Part shown: piece by piece, positions 56,160-64,000 of the stretch
Layout of the letters: the number at the start of each line of letters is the position of its first letter
Numbering within the stretch: the first letter of the stretch is position 1
Assembly: GCA_043809585.1 (NCBI GenBank)
Contig: JBDROZ010000064.1
Coordinates: 1 to 64,000, forward strand
Length of the DNA stretch: 64,000 nucleotides
From: Candidatus Eiseniibacteriota bacterium
GTDB lineage: Bacteria; Orphanbacterota; Orphanbacteria; Orphanbacterales; Orphanbacteraceae
Direction of reading: 5' to 3'
Made by a program: the position numbers and the translations under genes
The notes under the pieces: generated by a model
Told to the model about the DNA's origin: nothing
What the model saw: only the letters and a program-made list of their open reading frames with translations
The model's database searches: none

Positions 56160-57632
56160 TTGGCGGAAGACAAGGCCCTGTTCCAGGTTCGACTCGACAA
56201 ACGCCTGGCCCTCGAGGAGAAGGGGGTCGATCCGTATCCGACCCGCTTCGACAGGCGTCACGACGCGGCGGAAGTCGCCGGGCGGTTCGACGAATTGAAC
56301 GCGGGGGGGGAAGAGGTCTCCCTCGCCGGGCGGCTGATGACGGTCCGCCGCATGGGGAAGGCCTCCTTCGCCCATCTGCAAGACCGTTCCGGCAGGATCC
56401 AACTCTACTTCCGGAAGGACATCGTCGGCGAGGACGCCTACGACACGTGGAAGAAGATCGAACCGGGCGACCTCGTCGGCGTCCGGGGTGTGCCCCTCCT
56501 CACGAAGACCGGGGAGAAGTCGATCGAAGTCCGTTCCTTCGAAGTGCTCGCCAAGTCGCTCCGGCCGCTGCCGGAGAAGTGGCACGGCCTGACCAACAAG
56601 GAGACCCGCTACCGCCAGCGATACGTCGACCTGATCGTGAACCCCGACGTGGCGGAGGTCTTCGCCCGGCGGGCCGCGCTGGTCCGCTCGATCCGGGCCT
56701 TCCTCGATCGCAGGGGCTTCCTCGAGGTGGAGACGCCCGTGCTCCAGCCGATCTACGGCGGCGCCTCGGCGCGCCCCTTCGTCACCCACCACAACGCCCT
56801 CGACATGAAGCTCTATCTCCGCATCGCGGACGAGCTCTATCTCAAGCGCCTCATCGTCGGCGGCCTCGAGAAGGTGTACGAGATCGGCAAGGACTTCCGG
56901 AACGAGGGCATCGACCGGACCCACAACCCCGAGTTCACCCAGCTCGAACTCTACCAGGCGTACACCGATTTCCGCGGAATGATGGAGCTCTTCGCCGAGA
57001 TGCTCCGTACCGCCGCGATGGACCTCCACGGGAAGACGGAGATCACCTTCGGCGGCCGGACGGCGGACCTCGGCAATCCGTGGAAGGAGCTCTCCTTCGT
57101 CGATGCCCTGTCGGAGCGGCTCGGGGCCGACGTGATGGCCATGGAGGAGGGAGCCCTCCGGGCCGCCTGCGCGGAGCGAGATATCGATGTTCCTGGCGAC
57201 GCCTCGAGGGGGGCGATGATGAACGAGCTCTTCGAGACCCTCGTGGAGCCGTCGATCGACTCGCCCACCTTCGTCACCGATTACCCGAAGGAGATCTCGC
57301 CCCTCGCGAAGGAGAACCCCCGCCGGGCGGGGGTCGTGGAGCGGTTCGAGCCGTTCCTCTTCGGCATGGAGGTCGGTAACGCCTTCTCGGAGCTGAACGA
57401 TCCTCTCGAGCAGCGGGCCCGCTTCGAGGCCCAGCAGGAGCTTCGGGGGGCCGAGAGGGAGGAGGCCCAACAGGTCGACGAGGACTATCTCCGGGCCCTC
57501 GAGTTCGGGATGCCGCCGACGGGCGGTCTCGGCATGGGCATCGACCGGATCGCCATGATTCTCACGGACCAGCCTTCCATCCGGGACGTGCTGCTCTTCC
57601 CCCAGCTCCGCCCGGAGACGACGGAGCCGTAA
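56160..57632 (+). CDS. lysS: Lysine--tRNA ligase (class II)
   Basis: RYRQRYVDL, YGGASARPF, FRNEGID..HNPEFT, GMPPTGGLGMGIDR; TTG after GGAGGAG. Confidence 0.97.
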   Translation: MAEDKALFQVRLDKRLALEEKGVDPYPTRFDRRHDAAEVAGRFDELNAGGEEVSLAGRLMTVRRMGKASFAHLQDRSGRIQLYFRKDIVGEDAYDTWKKIEPGDLVGVRGVPLLTKTGEKSIEVRSFEVLAKSLRPLPEKWHGLTNKETRYRQRYVDLIVNPDVAEVFARRAALVRSIRAFLDRRGFLEVETPVLQPIYGGASARPFVTHHNALDMKLYLRIADELYLKRLIVGGLEKVYEIGKDFRNEGIDRTHNPEFTQLELYQAYTDFRGMMELFAEMLRTAAMDLHGKTEITFGGRTADLGNPWKELSFVDALSERLGADVMAMEEGALRAACAERDIDVPGDASRGAMMNELFETLVEPSIDSPTFVTDYPKEISPLAKENPRRAGVVERFEPFLFGMEVGNAFSELNDPLEQRARFEAQQELRGAEREEAQQVDEDYLRALEFGMPPTGGLGMGIDRIAMILTDQPSIRDVLLFPQLRPETTEP

Positions 57633-57635
57633 ACC

Positions 57636-58868
57636 ATGGGATACGAGCTCTTCATCGCCCGGCGCCATCTTCAATCGAAGAGCGCCCTGGGCTTCGTGCC
57701 GATCATCAGCCTCATTTCGGTGCTCGGCGTCTTCGTCGGCGTCATGGCCCTACTCGTGGTGCTCGCCGTGATGAACGGCTTCGAGCAGGAAGTGAAGTCC
57801 CGCATCATCGGGACCAACGCCCACGTCATCCTGCTCCGCTACGGGAACGAGCCGTTCGAGCCGACCGAGGAGCTTCTCGAGAAGGTGCGGGGCACCGAGG
57901 GAGTCCTCGGCCTCTCGCCCTTCGTCTACACGAAGACCATGATCCAGATCGGCGACAGCCAGGACGGCATCGTCCTCAAAGGGATCGATCCGGAGCGGGA
58001 GAACGAGGTGTCCGACCTGCTCAAGAGGACGATTCCCGCCGACGCGGATCTCGCGTGGGAGGAGGGGATGGCACCGCCCCTTCTCCTCGGCACCGAACTC
58101 GGCCTCGATCTAGGCGCCCTCTCGGGGGAGACGGTGGTGCTCGCCTCCTTCACGAACACCGCCCGCACGCCGTTCGGCACGGTGCCGAAGATGCGGCGCT
58201 TCCGGGTGGCCGGGACCTTCGATTCGGGCATGTACGAGTACAACTCGACCATGGCCCTCGCGCCCCTCCGGGCGGCCCAGGAGTTCCTCGGGATGGGAGA
58301 GAACGTGACGGGCGTCGCGATCCGGGTGGACGACGCGTACCGGGCGCCGGAGATCGCCGACCGGATCCTCGCGAGGGTGGGGCACCCGCCCTACCGGGCG
58401 AACAACTGGATCTTTCTGAACCGGACCCTCTTCTCCTGGATGAGCACGGAGAAGCGGGTCATGTTCGTGATCCTCGCCCTCGTGGTCCTCGTGGCGGCGT
58501 TCAACATCGCGAGCACCCTCATCATGGTGGTGATGGAAAAGACGCGGGAGATCGGCGTGCTGAAGTCGATGGGGGCGAGCATCCGGAGCGTCCTCACCAT
58601 CTTCGTGCTCGAGGGACTCACCATCGGCGCCGTCGGCACGGCACTCGGCCTCGCCGGCGGCTACCTCCTCTGCTGGCTCCTCGAGAAGTACAAGTTCATC
58701 CCGCTCCCCGGCGACATCTACTTCATCGATTCCCTGCCGGTCCGGATGGAGGCGATCGATTTCGTGCAGGTGGCCGTGGCGGCGATGGTGATCTGTCTGG
58801 TCGCGACGCTTTATCCGGCGTGGAAGGCGTCCCGCCTCGAACCGGTGCGGGCGATCCGGTACGAGTGA
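57636..58868 (+). CDS. lolC: Lipoprotein-releasing ABC permease LolC/E
   Basis: AVMNGFE, VAAFNI..EKTREIGVLKSMG, YPAWKASRLEP. Confidence 0.9.
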   Translation: MGYELFIARRHLQSKSALGFVPIISLISVLGVFVGVMALLVVLAVMNGFEQEVKSRIIGTNAHVILLRYGNEPFEPTEELLEKVRGTEGVLGLSPFVYTKTMIQIGDSQDGIVLKGIDPERENEVSDLLKRTIPADADLAWEEGMAPPLLLGTELGLDLGALSGETVVLASFTNTARTPFGTVPKMRRFRVAGTFDSGMYEYNSTMALAPLRAAQEFLGMGENVTGVAIRVDDAYRAPEIADRILARVGHPPYRANNWIFLNRTLFSWMSTEKRVMFVILALVVLVAAFNIASTLIMVVMEKTREIGVLKSMGASIRSVLTIFVLEGLTIGAVGTALGLAGGYLLCWLLEKYKFIPLPGDIYFIDSLPVRMEAIDFVQVAVAAMVICLVATLYPAWKASRLEPVRAIRYE

Positions 58869-58872
58869 TGCG

Positions 58873-59595
58873 ATGAACGGCGAGAAGAGAATCGTCCTGA
58901 AGACGGAGGGGCTCGAGAAGAGCTTCCCCTCGGGGAGGGAGGAGCTTCGGGTCCTCCGCGGCGTGGATCTCGAGATCGAGGCGGGGGAGATCGTCTCGAT
59001 CGTCGGCGCTTCGGGGGCGGGAAAGAGCACCCTTCTCCACATCGCCGGCGGCCTCCTCCGGCCGACGGCCGGGCGGGTCTGGATTTCGGGGGAGGAGCTC
59101 TTTCATCTCGGCGACCAGGCGCTCTCGCGGCTCCGGAACCAGAGGGTCGGCTTCGTCTTTCAGTTCCACCACCTCCTGCCGGAACTGACGGCCGAGGAGA
59201 ACGTGATGATGCCGCTGCTCATCGGGAACGGGGGGCGGCGGGAGGCGGCGGCGCGGGCGAAAAGTCTGCTCGCGGAGGTCGGTGTTTCCGGGCGGGCCCA
59301 CCATCATCCCCACGAGCTCTCCGGGGGGGAGCAGCAGCGGATCGCGGTTGCCCGGGCGGTCGCGGCCCGGCCGGAGATCGTTCTCGCCGACGAGCCATCG
59401 GGGAACCTGGACGACCGGAACAGCGAGGAGCTCCACAGGCTCCTCTGGAGCCTGCGGGAGGAAGAAGGCCAGGCCTTCGCCATCGTCACCCACGACGACC
59501 GTCTCGCGAACCGGGCGGACCGGAAGCTCCGTCTCCACGAGGGGCGGCTGATTGACGACACCGGGGGGGCACCCCGGGGGAGCGGCGTGTCATGA
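58873..59595 (+). CDS. lolD: Lipoprotein-releasing ABC ATPase LolD
   Basis: GASGAGKST, GFVFQFHHLLPE, LSGGEQQR, ADEPSGNLD. Confidence 0.92.
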   Translation: MNGEKRIVLKTEGLEKSFPSGREELRVLRGVDLEIEAGEIVSIVGASGAGKSTLLHIAGGLLRPTAGRVWISGEELFHLGDQALSRLRNQRVGFVFQFHHLLPELTAEENVMMPLLIGNGGRREAAARAKSLLAEVGVSGRAHHHPHELSGGEQQRIAVARAVAARPEIVLADEPSGNLDDRNSEELHRLLWSLREEEGQAFAIVTHDDRLANRADRKLRLHEGRLIDDTGGAPRGSGVS

Positions 59596-60107
59596 AATGC
59601 GACGGCTGCGGCCAGCGGGAGGCGACCGTTCACTACAAGGAAATCAAGGACGACCGGGTGAAGGAGATGCACCTTTGCCAGGAGTGCGCCGAGGAACGGG
59701 GCTTCGGGGGGGTCGCCGGGCCGGCTTCGAACCCCCAGTTCTCGATCCCCGAGTTTCTCGGGGGCATGGCCGACTCCCCGGAGGAGCGCGAGGGGAAGGG
59801 AGAAGGGGCCCCGGCGGCCTGTCCCCGGTGCGGCCTCACATACGCCGAGTTCAAGGCCGCGGGGAGGCTCGGCTGCTCCGAGTGTTACGAAGCGCTGAGG
59901 AAGCCTCTTGTCCCGCTCTTGAAGCAGATCCACGGGAGCGAGCGGCACGCCGGCAAGATGCCCGAGGGCCCCGGAGAGGAGCACCGCCGGAAACAGCATG
60001 TGCGCATGCTGAAGCGCCGCCTCGCGCGCCTCGTCGAGCGGGAGGCGTACGAGGAGGCCGCCCGTCTCCGGGACGAGATCCGGAGCCTGGAGAACCCCGA
60101 TGAGTGA
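59592..60107 (+). CDS. mcsA: McsA (CxxC motifs plus UVR domain)
   Basis: Four CxxC motifs; GRLGCSECY; EAYEEAARLRDEIR. Confidence 0.93.
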   Translation: MKCDGCGQREATVHYKEIKDDRVKEMHLCQECAEERGFGGVAGPASNPQFSIPEFLGGMADSPEEREGKGEGAPAACPRCGLTYAEFKAAGRLGCSECYEALRKPLVPLLKQIHGSERHAGKMPEGPGEEHRRKQHVRMLKRRLARLVEREAYEEAARLRDEIRSLENPDE

Positions 60108-61155
60108 GCTCCCCCTTCTCACCCATCCGGGCTGGTTGGACGCCTCGGGGCCGGAGGCGGAGATCGTGCTTTCGAGCCGGATCCGCCTCGCCCGGAACCT
60201 GACCGGCCTCCCCTTCGCCCACCGGGCGAACCCGGACGAGCGGGCCCAGGTCTTCGAGCAGATCAAGGAGGCGATCGGGCGGTCGGCCCTTCTCGGAAAA
60301 GCGCGGGTCGTCCGGATCGACCGGACGTCCTCGGTGGATCGCCAGTATTTGACCGAGCGTCACCTGATCTCTCCCGATCTGGCGAACGGGAGCGGGCCCC
60401 GGGGCGTCGTGATCGGCGACGGGGAGACGCTCAGCGTGATGATCAACGAGGAGGACCATGTCCGGATCCAGTCGGTCTTCTCCGGGTTCAACCCCCTCGA
60501 GGCGTGGCGCATCGCGGACAAGGCGGACGACGAGATGGCCCGGGAGATGGAGATCGCCTGGTCCGAGGAATGGGGCTATCTGACCACATGCCCCACCAAC
60601 ACCGGCACGGGGCTCCGCGCGTCGGTCCTCATCCACCTTCCCGCCCTGGTGCTCACCAAGCAGATCGCCAAAGTGCTCCGGGGCATCACCCAGGTGGGTC
60701 TCGCCGTCCGGGGGATGTTCGGCGAGGGGAGCGAGGTGATGGGCAACTTCTTTCAGATCTCCAACCAGACCACCCTCGGCCTTTCCGAGGGGGACACCCT
60801 CGATTCCCTCTCCCGGGTGACGCGGCAGATCATCGACCACGAGCGAAGCGCCTCGGAGGTGCTCCTCAAGAACGCGCGGCTCCAGGTGGAGGACAAGGTC
60901 TTCCGGTCCTGGGGCCTCCTCACTCACTGCCGGGTCGTTTCCTCCCAGGAGGTCCTCAGCCTCGTGTCGGCGGTCCGCTTCGGCCGCACCATCGGACTCC
61001 TCGGAGACGTCGGCTACGATGTCCTGAACCGGGCCATGATCGAAACCCTCCCCGCCCACCTCCAGAAGGGGGCGGGGGAGAGGCTCGACCAGGCGGAACG
61101 GGACTACCGGCGGGCCAGGCTCGTCCGGGAACTTCTCGGCGAAAAGACCTCCTGA
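60100..61155 (+). CDS. mcsB: Protein arginine kinase McsB
   Basis: LSSRIRLARN, ERHLISP, MINEEDH, GYLTTCPTNTGTGLRAS, QISNQTTLG. Confidence 0.95.
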   Translation: MSELPLLTHPGWLDASGPEAEIVLSSRIRLARNLTGLPFAHRANPDERAQVFEQIKEAIGRSALLGKARVVRIDRTSSVDRQYLTERHLISPDLANGSGPRGVVIGDGETLSVMINEEDHVRIQSVFSGFNPLEAWRIADKADDEMAREMEIAWSEEWGYLTTCPTNTGTGLRASVLIHLPALVLTKQIAKVLRGITQVGLAVRGMFGEGSEVMGNFFQISNQTTLGLSEGDTLDSLSRVTRQIIDHERSASEVLLKNARLQVEDKVFRSWGLLTHCRVVSSQEVLSLVSAVRFGRTIGLLGDVGYDVLNRAMIETLPAHLQKGAGERLDQAERDYRRARLVRELLGEKTS

Positions 61156-61348
61156 GGGGTGGCGAAAACGGGTGATTCGGCCGATCTTAGGAGGGCGGGG
61201 AAGGCCCGGCGAGCTTCCCCGTCTCCGGCCCCCGGTGGGGTGGCGCCCCGACGGACGGACCGGCGCAATACCGGTTAATTGATTAGCCCGATAGGGATTA
61301 GGTCTGCAAGCCCCGTTCGAGGGGGCCATAAGCCCGGGAGGCGACGAC

Positions 61349-63853
61349 ATGCACGATCGATTCACGGAACGGGTGCGAAAGGTGATGTACCTCGCCCGCG
61401 AGGAGGCGGGGCGCCTTCAGCACGACTACATCGGGACCGAGCATCTTCTCCTCGGGATCGTCCGCGAAGGGGAGGGGATCGCCGCCACGGTGCTCAACAA
61501 CCTGGGCCTCGATCTCGACCAGATCCGCCAGGCCGTGGAGAACATGGTCTCCGGCAGCGGCGGCACCCTCACGATCGGGGAGATCCCCTTCACGCCCCGG
61601 GCGAAGAGGGTGCTCGAACTGGCGGTGGAGGAGGCCCGTCTTCTCGGCCACAACTACGTGGGGACCGAGCATCTCCTCCTCGGTTTGATCCGGGAAGGGG
61701 AAGGCGTCGCCGCCCGGGTCCTGATCGACCTCGGCGCGGACAAGAAGAAGGTCCGGGAGGAGACGCTGAAGCTTCTCGGCGGCCATCCCGTGGGTAGCAC
61801 CCAGACAGCCACGACGCAGAAGAGCGAGACGCCGGCCCTCGACCAGTTCGGCCGGGACCTGACGACCCTCGCCCGGGAGGGCAAGCTCGACCCGGTGATC
61901 GGCCGGAACGACGAGATCGAGCGGGTCGTTCAGGTGCTCTGCCGGCGCAAGAAGAACAACCCGGCCCTGATCGGGGAGCCCGGCGTCGGCAAGACCGCCA
62001 TCGCCGAGGGGCTCGCCGAACGGATCGCCGAGCACCGGGTGCCCCACATCCTGATGAACAAGCGGCTCGTCACCCTCGACCTCGCGTCGATCGTGGCGGG
62101 CACCAAGTACCGGGGCCAGTTCGAGGAGCGGCTGAAGGCGGTGATGAACGAGATCCGGGAGTCGGACAACGTCATCATCTTCATCGACGAGCTACACACC
62201 ATCGTCGGAGCCGGCGGCGCCGAGGGGGCCATCGACGCGTCGAACATGCTGAAGCCGGCCCTGGCGCGGGGCGAGCTGCAGTGCATCGGCGCCACCACCC
62301 TCGACGAGTACCGGAAGCACATCGAGAAGGACGGCGCCCTCGAGCGCCGGTTCCAGCCGATTACGATCAACCCCCCCTCCACGGCGGAGACGATCGAGAT
62401 CATCCGGGGCCTTCGGGACAAGTACGAAGCCCATCACCGGGCCGAGATCACCGACGAGGCGATCGTGGCGGCGGTGAACCTGTCGGACCGGTACATCAGC
62501 GACCGGTTCCTCCCGGACAAGGCGATCGACATCATCGACGAGGCGGGCTCGCGGGCGCGCCTCTCGGTTTCCGCGATCCCGAGCGACCTGAACGAGCTCG
62601 AGCAGAAGCTGGCGAAGACGACCCAGGAAAAGGAAGCGGCCATCTTCAACCAGGAGTTCGAGAAGGCCGCCGCACTCCGGGATCAGGAGAAGAAGATCCG
62701 GCAGGAGCTCCAGTCGTTCCGCAAGGACTGGGACGTGCAGAAGAAGGAAGACAAGGCGGTGGTCGACGCCGAAGCCGTGGCGGCCGTGGTCTCCTCCATC
62801 ACCGGCGTGCCGGTGAAGAAGCTCGAGCAGGCGGAGGCGGAGAAGCTCCTCCACATGGAGGACGAGATCCAAAAGAAGATCGTAGGCCAGGAGCCCGCGG
62901 TGGTCGCCATCTCCAAGGCGATCCGGCGGAACCGGGCCGGCATGGGCGACCCGAACCGCCCGACGGGGTCGTTCCTCTTCCTCGGCCCCACGGGGGTCGG
63001 GAAGACGGAGCTCGCCCGGGTTCTCGCCGAGTTCCTCTTCGACGACCGGGACGCCCTGATCCGGATCGACATGTCCGAGTTCATGGAGAAGTTCGCCGTC
63101 TCCCGCCTCGTGGGGGCCCCTCCGGGCTACGTGGGTCACGAGGAGGGGGGACAACTGACCGAGAAGGTGCGGCGGAAACCGTACTCGATCGTCCTCCTCG
63201 ACGAGATCGAGAAGGCCCACCCTGACGTCTACAACATCCTCCTGCAGGTGCTCGAGGACGGCCAGCTGACCGACAGCTTCGGGCGGCGGGCGAACTTCCG
63301 GAACACGGTCATCATCATGACTTCGAACCTCGGAACCCGCCAGATCAAGCAGGGGGGCGTGCTCGGCTTCCAGAAGGCGGACGAGGCCTCCCGACACACC
63401 CAAATGACCAACAAGATCATGGACGAGGTGAAGAAGACCTTCAATCCCGAGTTCATGAACCGGGTCGACGAGACGGTCATCTTCCGCTCCCTCGACCGGA
63501 ACGACATGTTCGAAATCGTGGACATTCTGATCCGGGAAGTGCAGAATCGCCTGATCGATCGTGACTTCTACCTGCGCCTGACGGCGGCGGGGAAAGAAGT
63601 GATCGTGGACAAGGGGTTCGATCCGTCCTTCGGGGCCCGGCCGCTCCGCCGGACCATCCGCCAGTTGGTCGAGGATCCTCTCTCGGAGGAGATCCTGGCG
63701 GCCAAGTTCCGGGCGGGCGACGAGGTGCTCGTGGACGGAGAGAACGGCGAAGTGGTGTTCAAGAAGGGAACCCTGAAGAAGAAAAAGGCGTCCAAAGAAG
63801 AGGAAGTGGGCGCCGCGCCATCCCCCGCGAAGGAGGAGTCCTCCGAAAGCTAG
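61349..63853 (+). CDS. clpC: ATP-dependent Clp protease ATPase ClpC
   Basis: Two Clp-N repeats, two AAA+ modules ([16 protein letters not shown]), UVR middle domain, LGF loop. Confidence 0.97.
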   Translation: MHDRFTERVRKVMYLAREEAGRLQHDYIGTEHLLLGIVREGEGIAATVLNNLGLDLDQIRQAVENMVSGSGGTLTIGEIPFTPRAKRVLELAVEEARLLGHNYVGTEHLLLGLIREGEGVAARVLIDLGADKKKVREETLKLLGGHPVGSTQTATTQKSETPALDQFGRDLTTLAREGKLDPVIGRNDEIERVVQVLCRRKKNNPALIGEPGVGKTAIAEGLAERIAEHRVPHILMNKRLVTLDLASIVAGTKYRGQFEERLKAVMNEIRESDNVIIFIDELHTIVGAGGAEGAIDASNMLKPALARGELQCIGATTLDEYRKHIEKDGALERRFQPITINPPSTAETIEIIRGLRDKYEAHHRAEITDEAIVAAVNLSDRYISDRFLPDKAIDIIDEAGSRARLSVSAIPSDLNELEQKLAKTTQEKEAAIFNQEFEKAAALRDQEKKIRQELQSFRKDWDVQKKEDKAVVDAEAVAAVVSSITGVPVKKLEQAEAEKLLHMEDEIQKKIVGQEPAVVAISKAIRRNRAGMGDPNRPTGSFLFLGPTGVGKTELARVLAEFLFDDRDALIRIDMSEFMEKFAVSRLVGAPPGYVGHEEGGQLTEKVRRKPYSIVLLDEIEKAHPDVYNILLQVLEDGQLTDSFGRRANFRNTVIIMTSNLGTRQIKQGGVLGFQKADEASRHTQMTNKIMDEVKKTFNPEFMNRVDETVIFRSLDRNDMFEIVDILIREVQNRLIDRDFYLRLTAAGKEVIVDKGFDPSFGARPLRRTIRQLVEDPLSEEILAAKFRAGDEVLVDGENGEVVFKKGTLKKKKASKEEEVGAAPSPAKEESSES

Positions 63854-63961
63854 GGAGCGCGGCTCCCTTCGATCCGCGGAGGTCCCCCGAGGACGCCCCT
63901 GACCGGGAAGGCCATGGTTCCGACAAGGCCCTTTACAAAAACCACGGTCTCCGTGAATCCG

Positions 63962-63996
63962 AAGAGAGGGGGGAGGCGTCTCCTTCCCCCTCTCTT
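63962..63996. terminator. Stem-loop, possible terminator
   Basis: AAGAGAGGGGG...CCCCCTCTCTT inverted repeat at the window end. Confidence 0.4.
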
Positions 63997-64000
63997 GCTT

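Overview
A high-GC chromosomal window from a diderm bacterium. Lol and Omp85 genes, lipoproteins and several proteins ending in FlgD-Ig/T9SS-type C-terminal sorting domains suggest the FCB superphylum, possibly a candidate phylum such as Eisenbacteria, Krumholzibacteriota or Latescibacterota (inference only). The right half (31.5-64 kb) is mostly housekeeping: ECF sigma/anti-sigma, aroB, aroQ, efp, accB, pilT-like, accC, comB, thiE, ftsK, HAD, rimO, polA, coaE, prfB with a programmed frameshift, lysS, lolC/E, lolD, mcsA, mcsB and clpC. The left half is accessory and envelope-related: a sigma54 two-component locus with an atypical activator and a poly-G-interrupted gene, a peptidase-propeller-Omp85 fusion, an orphan sigma54 activator and a candidate small RNA with its own promoter and terminator. 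The best candidate for an undescribed system is a four-gene operon (10.2-19.9 kb) of secreted cohesin/dockerin-like proteins arranged as a duplicated large+small pair, which could form a cellulosome-like, self-assembling surface scaffold. The window also carries recurrent mosaic intergenic repeats at 29, 43-45 and 49.5-50.2 kb, one of which encloses an AT-rich chimeric gene and a probable IS256 remnant, plus a 46-bp direct repeat bracketing the first 5.3 kb. I saw no rRNA, tRNA or CRISPR array. All domain calls come from motif recognition by eye, not database searches.
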